Positions 12,119-26,469 of a DNA stretch of 64,000 nucleotides are shown here, piece after piece. The DNA is from Phaeosaccion multiseriatum. Its lineage: Eukaryota; Protista; Ochrophyta, other classes. The notes under the pieces were generated by a model, which saw nothing but the letters and a program-made list of their open reading frames with translations, made no database searches and was not told the DNA's origin. Position 1 is the stretch's first letter. Every line of letters starts with the position of its first letter. The DNA lies in assembly GCA_965112735.1 (NCBI GenBank), contig OZ218965.1:62001-126000 (forward strand), written 5' to 3'. Position numbers and translations under genes: made by a program.

Positions 12119-14820
12119 TCACTCACTCACGCTCTGTTTATCCCTGGACCCTGGTGCTGGTGCTCGTGTCAACGCTTGTCTCTCATCAGGCTCCATCTTC
12201 GGCGGCTGGGAAGGCACACCGCTCACCATGAACAGCGTCAATTCGGAGCTCTTCGCAGGAGTATGGGGCATGATCCGGGAGGTGCGTGCGTGTGTGTGGT
12301 CGCCCCGTTGGTTTTTGTTGTTTGTATCAAGAGAGTGCGAAGTACCGACCTAGGGGTGGTGGGTTCTTCCTTTTGCATGTGAAGGGGTACCAACCTCTCC
12401 TTGACTCTCGCTGATCTTCACCTGAAGGGTCTGTCCGCTGTCCTGCTTACCCTGCGGCAGTGTGAGGGGACTGGGGGTGTCAGGGATTGGCCCACCTTCC
12501 CTCCCTCCACTCCGAACAAACCCATGCACACACCACCGAGTGTTTGATCACTGCGCCGATGGCATCGACACCGTCGATATCGATGTCATGATTGGCGTAT
12601 CGATGATTTGGGCCAATGAGCTAACTTCAGCAGAACCTTATACCAAGACTACCCCTCCCCCTCCCCCTGCCCTTGCCCCATGCAATGCTGGTGCTGCGCT
12701 GACAGATCTTGGTGGCGTCCCGCCCCACGGGTCTGAACCGCAAGGCCAAGGAGGAGGTGTCGTCCTTCATTTCGAGGAGGAACGAGTGCCCCTACTGCAT
12801 CAAGGCCCACGGTGAGTGAGCATGGAGGAAGGGGTGGCCGGCGATGGAGGGTACAATGCGTGTGTTGGTTGGGGATGTGATCATTCATGCCTCGACTTAC
12901 TTACCAACATGCCCATACGCCTCTAACCCCCCCCCCCCCCCCCTGCAGACATGATGAGCACGGCGGCAAGGGCGCACGACTCCAAGGAGCAGCAAAGGCG
13001 CGAAATGGCCCTCGCCTACGCTGCCTACGCCTACCAGAGTCTGGAGGCCTCTGCCCCAGGGGGGAAGGCCTTCGCACCCCCCAATACTATTACCCTCCAG
13101 CTAGATGGCTCAGGGGCCACCGCCGGGCCGCCGTCGGACGAAGAGCTCCCCCGGGGTGACAAGGTCAATGTCGTGGCCCTCATCCTCCTCTTCACGTGAG
13201 TGTCGGTTTTGCTTGCTCAGTGTGTATCGAGAGAGCCCTTTCGTGTCCACCGGGGTGCATGGATTGGTTGGTTGCCTGTCCGTGTGTCTGTCCATGTGTC
13301 TGTCCTTACGCCTCTGCTCTGCTCTGCTCTTCTCCGCTCTGTCATATGCCCATACGCTTCTCAGATATATGAACCACGGAGTCACAGTGTTGCTGAAGGA
13401 CTACATGATGACGGCCATGCTCAATGTAAGTTTCAGTTTCGGCTCAAAGGGATTAGAGATGGCAGCGGATGGGGGGAGGGGAGAGGCCCAGAAGGCTGCA
13501 CAGGCTTGCTGCACGGCACCGAGGGCACCACATGGCCGTGATCTGCGCGTCTGCTCAAAAGCCCCTGCCCCCCTCTCTCTACTCCTCTCACTCTCTCTCT
13601 CCCCCTCCCTCACTTCGTCTCCCTTCCCCCCGTCCCATCTCCCCTCGCCTGTTTCTTGTCTCTCTCTCTCTCTCTCTGCAGGTGCCCGAGGCCATCTCGT
13701 CTGTGATGGAGAGCCCCAGCATGATGAAGGTAACGAACGTGTTAACGGCACCTTCACCCTTGCTTACGCTTTCCGTAGTCTTAACGTTAGAACGTTAATC
13801 TTGCCACTAACCTTACCCCTTAAAACGTGACGTTATCGCTTATCACGTGAAGGTGATGAACCTGCTCATGGCGCCCTTCATGCGCGGAAAGCTCAACGGC
13901 ACCTTCGCCCCCGGCGACTCGCTGAGCCTGCTGCCCGACGCGCCGCTCCCTGCCGACATGAAGTGGGCCGAAGAGCTTCCAGAGGTACGGAAGGAAGGGC
14001 GTCTCTCTCTCTCTATATATATATACATATCTGTGTGTGTGTGTGCGTGAATTGGTGGATTTGGATGGGCAGCGAGGGTTGGGGTGCTTGATAGGATGGT
14101 CTCCCTCTCTCTCTCGCTTCTTTGTTGTTCTCCTTCTTATTCTTGTTACGTTTGTTCTCATTCTTGCTTGTGCCCTGCTGCAGGTGGCGGGGGCCATCGC
14201 GCGCTTCTGCAAAGTCATGGACGACACCGAGGAGCGACTCCTCAGACACGTACGTCATGCAGTACACGGTGTCAGTCGGTCAATGACAGGCAGTCAGTCT
14301 GTCCGGCAAGACCAAACAAAGGCATCCCTTCCCTCCTCTGTGCTGTGTTTCAGGTTCAGTTCAGACCCACTCGATGGCTCACTCACCCCCCTCTTGCTGT
14401 CCTTGCTCTTGTCACACTCCAACCCCTCCATCCACTGCCATCTGCCCCACACATCCACACGTGCAGGGAGGCGCCGCCGGAGTGACCCCTCGGGTGATCA
14501 AGGTGCTTACGGAAGGAGCCTTGCAGCACGGAGCGTCGGGCAGAGAGAGCGCCGACTTCCTGTTTGAGGAGGCAGCGGCCCAGGCAGAGAAGGAGAGAGA
14601 TGCCCTCAATGACAGGGAGCGGGCGGCCCTTCGATTGATGCTGCTCACGGCATGTGCCCCGCACGACGCGAGGGAGGACGCGCTTGACGCCTTTGAGAAC
14701 GGAGTGAGAGATACCAGCAGCAAGAGGCGTAATCCTCTCACGGACGTGTTGGTGCTCTGGGCGGGGGGCAAAGTCGCCATCAGTCTGGCGGCAAGGATGG
14801 CAAAGGAGGTGCGGCTGTGA
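11397..14820 (+). CDS. AhpD-like / carboxymuconolactone decarboxylase-family protein of bacterial type, spliced
   Basis: Spliced product contains QIKRDF, WGMIREIL, RKAKEEVSSFISRRNECPYCIKAH (AhpD core CxxC..H, ~12740-12811), PGDSLSLLPDAPLPADMKWA and RAALRLMLLTACAP. TGA at 14818-14820. Start codon uncertain. Confidence 0.75.
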
Positions 14821-14943
14821 AGAGTGTTGGTTTGGGTGTGTGTGGGGAGGTGGTATGGGTGTGTGGGAGGGGGGGGGGGGGGGGTAGGGGTGGCTCCGCT
14901 ACCGGGCAAAACTAGATACAAGAGGAAGAACCCTGTTTTTGGC

Positions 14944-15009
14944 GCCGTGAGGGTTGGGTGTTAATGCCGAGAGGGTTGGGTGTTAATGCCGTGAGGGTTG
15001 GGTGTTAAT
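14944..15009. repeat. 3 x 22-bp tandem repeat GCCGTGAGGGTTGGGTGTTAAT
   Basis: Directly visible, between two convergent 3' ends. Confidence 0.85.
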
Positions 15010-15381
15010 GGGGAGAGGGGAGAGGGGGGGGGCTCTGCGAGTGACCACACACGCACGCACACACACACACATCGCATAGTTGTACAGAGAAGTAGGGCCC
15101 CGAGTTTACAGTTGATAAGTGAAGGAAGAAAAAAGAAAAATGCGTTTTCCGAAAATCGCGAATTGTATTGAGATCTCTCTCCTCCGCAAGTGTGAAATCT
15201 GATTGATTGATGCCATGCGTTTTTCGTCTTTCATCCTGCCTTTTCCCTCCCCCAATGTGCATAGCGCGCGGGGGGGGGCGAACACACACACAACAGCCAA
15301 TCAATCAGATCAGGAACCTGACACCAAGCAACCAGGTCCTCACTCCCTCCAGCTACTGCCATCCGCCAATCAGTCGGTCAG

Positions 15382-17634
15382 TCAGTTCCTGACACCCTGC
15401 AGGCTGTTATCAAAGGCCCTCGTCAACAAGGCGGGGTCGAAGGGCGCGAAGGTCGCCGCCACATGCACGTATATGAGACACCGCATAAACTCCTCCACCA
15501 ACACGTAGACCCAACCAAGCTGCCAGGACAGCACGTAGATCTTGAGTACAAGTAGGAGCACGGTGGGGAGCACGAGGTAGAGAAGGAAGGTCCAGCGGAA
15601 GGCGTGGTACTGTCGCATCTTACGGTACTCCAGGGCCACGGTGGCAGTCCACGGCACCTGGAGGAAGTGAATGGGGCGTTGGTGATACAGGCAGCGGAGG
15701 ACAGAGCGAAGGGTAGAGCACGCACTCGAGCTTCCCCCCTCTGTCCCCTCCATCCCCATCCACTGCCATCCACTACCCTCGCCTCCTTCTCCGTACCTGA
15801 ATGCTTGCCCGTATTGAGGTGAGGTTCACATTCGTGGCGACGACGGTGCAAAGCATGAGCAGGCTGCGTATCACATACTCGAGCAGCATGAAGGTGGAGC
15901 ACCCCCCTTCGTCGGGCAGGCAGCCGCTGCTCAGCCCGACTATGCATAAGTACAACACCATGACCATGCGAAGAGAGCGGCCCTCGCGGTCGGTTAGCGT
16001 GGATCGCACCACACACCAGCCTGGCAAAGGGAGGGGGGAGGGGGGAGGGGGGGGTGAGGGAGGGAGCGACAGAGAGGGGGAAAAGGCAGGGGGGGGCAGA
16101 GGGGGGGTGAGGGACGGAGCGACAGAGAGGGGGACAAGGCAGGGGGGGGCAGAGGGGGGGTGAGGGACGGAGCGACAGAGAGGGGGACAAGGCAAGGGGG
16201 GGCAGAGGGGGGGTGAGGGACGGAGCGACAGAGAGGGAGACAAGGCAGGGGGGGGCAGAGGCGCTACACGCTCCGGCGTAAGCACCCTCCCTCCCTCCCT
16301 CCCTCCCTCCCTCCCTCCCCTCCTCCCTCCCTCTCACACACACACACACTCCCCGCACCCCAACGCATTGCACTTACCCAGAGAGATTAGGAGCACGACG
16401 AAGAGGAACAGCGCGTCGGCATAGCTGTACAGCAGAGCACCCACCCGACGAATGGCCTGACGGGTATCAGCAGGACAGAGAGAGGGGGTGTCAGGACAGA
16501 GGCTGTGAAAGGAAGGCCGCATGCGGGGAGGCACAAGTACACCCATTGGTACACCACTTCGCCGCGTTACGGACCTCAGGGGCGCCCTCCCTGTCCTCAC
16601 TCTCTGCTCTGTAGAAGAGAGCCACCGCTCCAGAGGCAAGCGTCTTGAGCACCGAGGCAGCGAGGATGAGCTTGTGCAGGGCGGTTACGTGTTGGCGTTT
16701 CAGGCGCATCTCCAGGGCCCAGGCGAGGGTGAGGAGCAGGTACACCACGCCGAGGCAGGTGTAGACCACAGGTAGGGGCACGGACTCCATGGGGAGGTAT
16801 TGGGTTAGGTTGGTGCGGGTAGTAGTGGTGCCGTCCGAGGAGGAGGAGGAGGAGGAGGAGGAGAAGGAGGAGGGGGAGGGGTTGACGAGGGTGGACGTGA
16901 CCTTGACGGACATGCGCTGGTCGGACGAGCAGAGCAGGAAGTAGACAGAGTAGCGCTCGTCCACGGGGGCGGTGAGCACGTAGCGTTGGGCAGGGGTGGA
17001 CCGGGAGAGGAGGATGCGCCCCGCCGCGGGGGAGTCGTACAACATCTCGTACGTCACGGAGGTGGTCGGACTCTGTGGTGAGGGGAGGGGCAGAGGCGGG
17101 GTGCAGGTGAAAAGGGCATTGAGCATCTGCTGGCTAAGCAGCTACCTCGTGACGGACAGCCCGATAGCCCGACGGCCCAAACGATGCCACTCAAGCTCAA
17201 GCTCAACTCACCACGCCGTCGTCAAGGCTGGAGCCCGCGTCCTGTATGAGCGTGTCGTACCAGCCCTCCTTCGTGGCCTCCCCCACCAGCGCCAGCAGTC
17301 CCCTCGCGCCGGCATCCGTGTCGTCCACCTGCATCTCCACGTCGAGTATTGCCTGTCCGCCCGCCGCCAGACCAAAGTCCTCCCACAGCGTGGCGCTGTA
17401 GTAGGAGGACTCGGAGATGGACGTGGTGTACGTGTCTGCATGCGCCGTGGGGGGGGCGTGGAGGAGCGAGAGCAGCAGCAAGAGGAGCGCCGGGGCAGCC
17501 CTGCGCCGGCCTCCTCTGCTGTCGCTGTTTTTGTCGTTTCTTTGTCGCTTCCTGCCGCCGGTACTAGTGGCAGAGGTGCTGGATTTAATGCTAACAAGGG
17601 GTGTTGGGGGACATGGGCCGTATTGTTTCACCAT
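15382..17634 (-). CDS. GOST / lung seven-transmembrane family protein (GPR107/GPR108/TMEM87-like)
   Basis: Signal-like LLLLLLSLLHAPPTAHA, luminal EDFGLAAGG, YLPMESVPLPVVY before TM1, HVTALHKLI, LLISLGWCVVR and further TM helices over about 5 exons. TGA at 15382. Start uncertain. Confidence 0.8.
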
Positions 17635-17866
17635 TTTTCTCTTTTTCTTGTTTTTTTTTATCTATTCTTTGTCTGGGAAACTCAGCATTGCATGGGCCCA
17701 GGCCATTCGGATTGTGATGTCAAGAGACCATTTTTTTTCTTTAGAAAAGAAGGACAAGTGCCATGCTTTGATAAAGGAGGCTGGGGACTGCGAGAGCGCT
17801 CTGCTGTCCGTCGGTAGCAGCGGTAGCGGCGGTGGGGAGGGCGGCCGCAGCAGCAGAAGCTGCAAC

Positions 17867-19750
17867 ATGGCTACTCTGTGCAGGAACAGGAGCAGTCCAC
17901 GTCGGATTCGGAGGAGGGCCTTGATGGTGCAGCACGCATCGACTGCGGCAGTGCTCGCAGCCCCCCTGCTCATTGCAAAATGCTCCTGGGCCGTTTTGCC
18001 GCGGCAGCAGCCACTACCGCGCCGCCACGAGGGGCGCATTTACCGGGCCGCCTTCCAAAGCGTGCCTGCTACTGCTACTCGCAGTGGCAATGGGGGCTTC
18101 AGCAGCGTCAGCTTCAGCAGCAGTAGTGCGCGGAGAGCTCGATGCGAGCAGCCGGACAGTGCGTACAAGGGGCGGCGGCGGCGGCGGCGACCGCTGCTCG
18201 TTGCCTCCCGTCCTGCTTGCGCACATCCCGGTTGTGCAGACCGACCCGACGCCGTTATTAGAGAGGCCCAACAGGAAGGAACAGGTTAGGGAGCTTGGGG
18301 GCCCGTCTCCTTGCGAAGGGCGCGTTTTCCACCTTCCCTTGGTCTACCTTCTTACGCTGCTGAACCCGGCCTAGCCTTCCCCTTCCCTCGCCAAGACTCG
18401 ACATTGAAGTAGAGTTCATTCTTCGCCTTGCTTTTCTCCCCTTATTACCCCACCCTCAAGGAGCCCCATCTGATCCATTCTTGGTCTCGCTGCACCTCTC
18501 ATGCAGCCCCTGTACTACACCCCTCAAGCAGTCATTTACTAGACCGTCTCTCTCTCTAACACACACACACACTCTCTCTCTCTCGCTCCCCCTCTCGTGG
18601 CTGGCTCCCTGCCTTCCCATGCAACTGCTGTCCCTTCCGCTGCGTCACCGACTGTTGCTTGTCTCAGGCTCTTACGGGCGGGCACCTAGGCATGGGCAGG
18701 CATACGGGCAGACATGCCGGCAGGGGCGTGAGGCGGGGGGAGAAGAGATGGGCGTGCTTGGGATGACCACGGGGGTAGCAGCAGCGGCCAAGCGGAGCTT
18801 CGTCCTCCTCGCGGCCTGCTGGTGTGCATTCGGCGTGACCCTGGGCCTCGAGGGGATGGCAGTAGATGGGGCTCCTGGACACACTGCTGGCACGGCAGGG
18901 ACTGCTCTGGCGCGAGTACAAGGAGGGGGAGGGGCAGAGGGAGGGGCAGGGTTTGCAGATACGCTGTCGTCTGAGTGCTTAGTAGCATTGCCCTCGGGCT
19001 GGGGGGGTTGGGAGCCAGGCACACTCGGACCAGGCACAGTCGGGCAGGACGTTCCCAGGTTCGGAGTGGTGACGAATAAGGTGGGACCTGTCGTCAGGCT
19101 GGGGCCTGCCCATGCGCTGGCCGTAGAGGAGGGAGGAGGAGGAGGAGGTGCAGGTGGTGGAGGGGGGGGAGGAGGGGGCAACGTGTCAGACGGCTTAAAG
19201 GCCATTGCAGAGAAGAGCCCCATGGGCACCAACCGCAGGCAAGACAACTCTCTCCCGGACATCGTGGGGCCCTACCGCAAGCTTGTAGAGCTGGCACAGA
19301 GCGAGGGGCTCGAGGATGATGGCGATCGGATCATGGAGCTGGACGATGGATCGGGTGTGAACTTCGCGGCAACGGCCTGGCTGGATGCCGAGCTTGATGC
19401 CGCACGCTCGGGGGGGGGGGGGAGGAGAGGCAGCGCTAATGACGTGCTGGGCCTGGAGGTGAAGAGCGAGGGGGGAGGGGATGAGAAGATGGAGGAGATG
19501 GCAGCTGATGAGGACGAAGGGAGCGAAGAGGAGGGGCCGTGGGGAAGGGGGCCCCTCACGAGTCGCCTCACTAGGCTGGAGCGGCTCACACTGCAGATGG
19601 ACGCTCTCCAGGTGAGAGGAGGGAGGGCAGTAGGGCTGATGCTGCTGCTGCTGCTCCGGGCCGAGGAGGCGGAGGGCACTTCAGGGGTGGAGGAGATGGC
19701 AGTTGATGAGAAGGAGGAGGAGGAGGAGGAGGACGAGACTCATTTACGCG

Positions 19751-19806
<56 letters not shown>

Positions 19807-19882
19807 CTCTTTGCGTCGCTCCGCTGTGGGCCATTAGGGGAGAGCATTTGTTTTCGCTCCTTCCTACGCCGTTCTTTGCCTT

Positions 19883-19921
<39 letters not shown>

Positions 19922-21549
19922 CCTCCTCTCCCCCCTCTCCCTCCCTCTCTCTCTTACGGTAGCGTCGCTCTCTCTCTCTCTTTCAGCTCTTTCTCTCCTC
20001 CTCTCCCCTCACGCACTCATGCACTCACTCACTCTTCGTATTTCCCTTCCCTCTCCGTCATGCTCAAACACACGCACACACACATGCACACGCACGCACA
20101 CGCACACTCACGCGCACGCACACACATACACACTCGCACACGCACTCACACCATTACATTGTACACCATCGCAGGGGACCACCCGCCCCCCCCTGGGAGT
20201 TGCTTCCGCCGGAGCGTCGGGAGAGGAGCAGCAGAGAGAGAGTCCACTGACGACCTTGTTTTCTCGCCCGGCGGGGAAAGATGAGACTGCTCAGCAGCTG
20301 GCGACGCCTCTGGAGATCGCACAGCCACAGCTGCGGGCACAGGGGGAGGGGGGAGAGAGTGGGGACAGCAGCAGCAATCCTATGGGCAGCGGCAGTGGCA
20401 GCAGTGCGGACAGCCGCAGTGGTGCCGGCGTGGGCTTGTTACGGTCTCTGAAGCAGATGGGCAGCGGCTCTGTAGAGCAAATCAAGTCCTTCCACATGCA
20501 GGACTTGTTCGACAGTCGGGTGGAAGGTCTCGAAGAGGGGCTTGGGGGGGCGTTGGGACCGGCCACACCTCCCTCGCCAGAGGAGGGAAGGCAGGCGGGT
20601 ATCTACCGGGTAAGGAGGGGGGATGGTGGCAGTGGATGGCAGTGGATGGCAGTGGATGGCAGTGGATGGCAGTGGATGGAGGGGGGGAGGGGGTGTGGGC
20701 AGAGGCACGTGGGTAGAGAAGAGCAAAGGTGTGCGGGTGGGCAGAAGACATGCTCCCGTAGCGTGGGCGCGTGCGTGGGTGGGCAGGGCAGGGCCGCTCC
20801 CGTCCTCTTCTTTGCCCGTATGCCTGTCCTCGGCTGTGCTTGAATACCCATCGAGGGCTTCCTTCGGCCTACACGTAGACGTGTAGACATGTAGACAGGC
20901 TCGCTAGACAGGGTCTTACACCCCTCTGTGTCACACCCTCACTCCCTCCTCCCTCCCTCCCTCCCTCCCTCCCTCCCTCCCTTCCTCCTTTCCTCCTTCC
21001 CTCCCCATCCACTGCCACCCCCCCCTTAGGCGGTGATGGAGCGTCCTTGGGCCTACCGCCCCATCGAGCAAAGCTGGGGGGAGTTCCAGGACTTGCTGCC
21101 CACTATCTCCATCAACCTCGCCATTGGGGCCTACTTCATCCTTGACCAGGTTAGGATGAGGCCTGCCACTTTCCCCTCCCCATCCACTGCCATCCCCGCC
21201 CCCTTCCCTACCACCCGTAATGCCCCTGTTTGTTCTTGACACCCATGATCTCCCCTTGCGATGCTGCTCTGCTCAGCTGCGGGAGAGGCGCGAGAGCACC
21301 GCTGAGAAGGGCTTGCCCGACACGTACGATCTCGACAGCATAGAGACGTACTTCAATGTAAGTGTCAAGCAAGGGTCAAGCAAACATATGGTTTGTGTGT
21401 GTATATGTGACAGGATAGAGGCGTTGCCCCCTATGACTAATCCATCCACTGCATCGACCCCTTGCTGCTCTTCACCCCTTGCCTCTCAGATCCGGCCGGA
21501 GGTGGTTCTTAAGCGCTTTCTGTCCGTCTCGGCCGAGGCCGCGACTCTG

Positions 21550-21591
<42 letters not shown>

Positions 21592-22574
21592 ACGTGTGTG
21601 TGTGTGCGAGAGAGAGAGAGAGTGAGTGAGTGTGTGTGGTTGCGCGTGTGTCTGTACGTGTGCGTGTGTGTATGTGTGTGAGTGAGTGCGTGCCGCTGTG
21701 CGTGCGTGTGCGTGCGAGCGATTGACAGACGTCCACCGAATGAGTCAATGTGAATGTCAATTCTGCCGCCTTCTGCCGCCTTCTGCCGCCTCTCTCTCTC
21801 CTTTGTGGCCCGAGGCTACCGCCCTTTCTCACAGTGACCCCCCCCCCCTCCCCCTGCTCCCCTCCCCCTGCTCCCTCAACCCGTTTCCTTGTCACAGCTC
21901 ATTGGCAAAGTGTTCGACAACTTAACGCGAGGCCTGGTGGTGGACGCCACCACTCGGGAGGGGCTCAAGCAGTACCGGGCAGAGGAGCTCAGGGAGACTT
22001 TAGAGCGCCTCGGGCCTGCCTTCATCAAGGTCAGTCAGGATGGCAGTGGATGGTCATGAAAGGCGATGGGCAGGCAGAGTATGTCACGTTTCTGACCCCT
22101 CGCACGGTCTTGTCAATGGCTGACGTGCGGGGTCCACTGCCATCCACTGCCATCCCCTCCCTCTGTATCACAGTTGGCGCAAGCGCTTGCCAATCGTCCC
22201 GACCTGATCGATCAGGGCACCATGATCGAACTCTCCAAGCTGCAGGACGTAAGTATATGGCCAGTGAGTGGGGGGTGGGACGGCAGTAGATGGTAGTGGG
22301 CAGGGGATGGCAGTGGATGACAGAGGATGGATGGCATTGGATGGCAGGTTCTGGGGCAGGACGCCGCAGCTCACCACCGCCTCCCCCGCCCCTTCTCCCC
22401 TTGCTCCCTCTGTTGTATTGTAGGCAATGCCCTACTTTCCCAACAGCATCGCCCGTGCTTTGATCCGCCAGGAGCTCGGGGCGTATCCTGAGGTCATCTT
22501 CGAGGCCATGACTCCGCACCCCGTCGCTGCTGCCAGCTTGGGGCAGGTAAGGCCCTCTCTGTCCTGTGTGTGTG

Positions 22575-22611
<37 letters not shown>

Positions 22612-24657
22612 TCCTCTCTCTTTCGCTCTTTCCCTGACCCTCTGATTCCCTCTCTCTTCCTCTCTTATGTATCTGCCTCTGCTTACCTCTCTCCCTCTCT
22701 CTGTGTATCTGCCCCTCTGACTCCCTCTCTCTCCCTCTCTATGTGTCTGCCTCTGAGTACCTCTTCCTCTCTTATCTTTCTGACCCTCTGATTCCGTCTC
22801 TCCCTCCCTCTCTTATCAACAAATCTGCCTCTTTTTCAGGTGTATAAGGCAGAAGTCGATGGAAAGGCCGTGGCGGTGAGTCAGCCAATCAGTCAGTCAA
22901 TCACTCAGTCAAGAAGCAGTCAGTACTGGTGTCAGTCAATCAGTCAGTCAATCACTCAGTACGGGTGTCAGTCAATCAGTCAGTACTGGTGTCAGTCAAT
23001 CACTCAGTCAGTCAATCAGTCAGTACTGGTGGCAGTCAGTCAGTCAGTCAGTGCTGTCACGTCACTCAGTCAGTCAGTCAGTCAGTGCCTGTGAGTCCCG
23101 ACTAGTAGAAGAGTATTTAACACCCGCCTGTTCATGTAAATGCTTTGCCAAAGAAGAGTAGACCCGCAGAGCTCCTCCTTCATCCCTCTACTAACCTCCT
23201 GCTGGCGCCCATGCTCTCCTCCTCCCCCCCCTCCCTGAATACCTCAACAGGTCAAGGTGCAGCGGCCCGACATCCCCGCCAAGATCGCGGTGGACTTCTT
23301 CATCCTGCGCTCCCTCGCCGGCCTGGCCATGCTCCTCTCCAGGCACGTGCATATCACCAACTGCCCCATGTGCCCAGAGTTGGGAGCTTTACCTCTCACC
23401 CCTCATCTCTCGCCGCTTATCTCACCCCCCTCACCCCTCTCCCTCCCCCCTCCTCCCTCCCCCCCTCTGTCTCCAGGGTGTTGCCGTTTGTGAGTTTCCG
23501 TACGGACCTCGTTGCGTTGACTGACGAGTACGCGAGTAGGCTCTTCGAGGAGATCAACTACGAGACGGAGGTGAGGGAGGAGGATTTAGATCCGTAAGGG
23601 GAGGGGAGGGGAGGGGAGGGGAGGGGAGGGGAGAGGAGGGGAGAGGAAAGGAGGGGAGGGGAGAGGAGGATGGGGTATGGGCAGGGCAGCATAGCTAGGC
23701 TCTGACGCTCGCCTCTGTCTCTCTCTCTTATCTGCCTCGGTGTGTACACGCGTGCGTGTGTATGTGTGTGTGTGCGTGCGTATCTCTCTCTCTGTGTGTA
23801 TGTGCACCCCCTTCAGGTGAAGAACATGTTGAAGTTCAAGACGCTGTACGGAGACATCGAGGGCATCTTCATCCCCTCCGTGTACAGGGAGTACAGCAGC
23901 AAGAGGGTCATCACCACCGAGTGGGTCGACGGAACCAAGGTGGGGGCAGCAGGGGCAGCAGGGGCAGCAGGGGGACAGTGGATGGCAGTGGATGGGGAGT
24001 GGCAGTGTTCAGCTGTCGGATGGCCTCAACCCACTTCCTGACTGACTGACTGACTGACTGACTGTCTTGACTAACTGTGTTGCTCTCTGCCTCTGTCCGT
24101 GTGTTCGTGTGTGTATCCCCATCCCGTATGTTCTTTGTGTGTGTAGATGGTTGACGAGAGCGCCCGAGTCAAGCCTGAGGACATGTCCTTGCTGGAGGTA
24201 AGTGGGTGGAAGTGGGTGGAAGTGGGTGGGTGGAAGTGGGTGTGTAAGAGAGAAACAGAGACCGGGAGAGAGGTCCCATCCCCTGGCCCACCGGGGTTCC
24301 TCCCCGTCCCCCCCCTCCCAACCCTCCTCCTCCACCCACTGCCGTCCACTACCATCCTCCCCGTCCATCCCATCCCATGCCATCCACTGCATTCCACTGC
24401 CATCCACCCACTCCATTCCATCCACTGCCATCCCCTCTTATCCCCAGGTGGGCATCCAATGCACTTTGATGCAGCTGCTGGACAAGGGCTACCTTCACTC
24501 AGACCCGCATGGAGGCAACCTCCTCAAGACCACTCACGGTAAGGCAAGCTCTCGATATCACCTCCATACATGTAAAGAGGCGTGTGGCTAGGCAGCAGTG
24601 TAGCTAGGCAGCAGTGTGGCTAGGCAGCAGTCTGGCTAGGCAACAGTCAGGCTTCTG

Positions 24658-24689
<32 letters not shown>

Positions 24690-24803
24690 TGTGCGTGTCT
24701 CTCTCTCGCTCTCTCTGTCTCTCTCCCTCTTTCGCTCACTCTCTCTGTCTGTCTGTCTGTCTCTCTCTCTGTCTGTCTGTCTGTCTGTCTCTATCTCTCT
24801 GAC

Positions 24804-24835
<32 letters not shown>

Positions 24836-26438
24836 ACGTTTCTACTCTCCCTCCCCAGGCAAGTTGGCGTACCTGGACTTCGGTCTTGTGAGTGACGTGC
24901 CCCCCTCTGTGATGGACACCATCATCTGCGCCACCGTGCACCTCATCAACAGAGACTATGATGCTCTCGCAGAGGACTTCACAGGTGAGTGACTGGGTAG
25001 GTCGTAAGTCAATGGGTAGCTGGCTAACAAGTCATGAGTGGGTGAGAAGCTTCCTTGGCCTAGGCTACAATGTAATCGCATTGGTCCTTTCCTTCCCATA
25101 TGCCAGCCTATGTGCCTCCCATACCCCGTACGCCTGTCCATACCCTCATGTCCGTCTCCCTTCCTCCTGCCCGCCCGACCCCTTGTGCCCCGTCCAGGCC
25201 TGTCTCTCATGTCGACCAACGACCTCACCAACGACTTCGAAGAGTTCTCCGCCGCCCTCGAGGATACTTTCGACCCCCTCATGGCGGACTATAGGGACCA
25301 GCTAGACAAGCTCAGCGGCCGGGGGGGCAGCAGGGGGGGCAGCAGGAGCAAGGGCAGCAGGAGCAAGGACAAGGCCAAAGATAAGGCCAGAGGGGCGGAG
25401 GGGGTGGAGGGGGGCGGTGAGAGGATGCCGAGGATGGCCTTTGCGAGTCTGGTGGACAAGACCTTCTCCTTGGCGCAGGTGGGAGGATGGCAGTGGACGG
25501 GAGGGAGGGGGGGGGGGACTGCCACTCACTCGACGTTCCGTTCGTGTCAGTCACATGCTCTTCTCTGCTTGTTGCCTCACCGGTGCGCTCCCCCCGCCCC
25601 TCCCTCCACTGCCATCCCTCTCCCTCCCCTCAGACGTTTAACTTCGTGGTGCCTCCCTACTTCCTTGCCAACGTGCGTGCCCTTGGCGAGCTGGAGGGCC
25701 TCGCAATGACCGCAGACCCCAACTTCAATCTCATCAGCGTTGTGTATCCGTATGTCGCCAAGCGCCTGCTCACAGGTACGGATACTGCTATGATACAGCA
25801 GTTGGTGACAGACTCTCAACGGCATGATGCGCGGTCTTCTCACCTCCTCTCCTCTATCCTCCCCTCCTCTCTCCTTCCCTTTCCTTCCCTTCCCTTCCTT
25901 CCCCTCCTCTTTCCTTCCCTTCCTCTCTCCTCCCCTCCCCTCCCCTCCTCTCTCCTTCCCTTCCCTTCCCTTCCCTTCCCTCCTCTCCCCTCCCCTCCCC
26001 TCCTCTCTTCTTCCCTTCCTCTCCCCTTCCCTCCCCTCCCCTCCCCTCCTCTCTCTCCTTCCCTTCCCTCTCCTCCCCTCCCCTCCTCTCTCCTTCCCTT
26101 CGTCGTCCCTTCCCTCCCCTCCCCTCCCCTCCTCTCTCCTTCCCTTCCCTCCTCTCCCCTTCCCTTCCCTCCTCTTTCCTTCCTTTCCTCTCCTCTCCCC
26201 TTCCCTCCCCTCCCCTCCCCTCCTCTCTCCTTCCCTTCCCTTCTCTTCCCTCCCCACCCCACCCCACCAGACCCGTCTCCTCGCCTCCGTAAGGCCCTCA
26301 AGGCGTTCGTGATGGACTCCGACGGAAACCCTCGCTGGAGCGTCATCGACACACTGCTCATGGACGTGTATCGCTACAACGACTACAGCAGCAGGCAGCA
26401 GCTTGGCCCCAGGCGCACAGCCAGGAGCATGAAGCTGG

Positions 26439-26469
<31 letters not shown>

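Noticed and set aside
20610-25633. Introner/MITE origin for introns with inverted 10-mers at their ends
   Set aside because: Intron interiors and lengths are unrelated, the motifs are at variable distances from splice sites, and no target-site duplications were seen. It is not a recent introner family, though ancient origin is not excluded.
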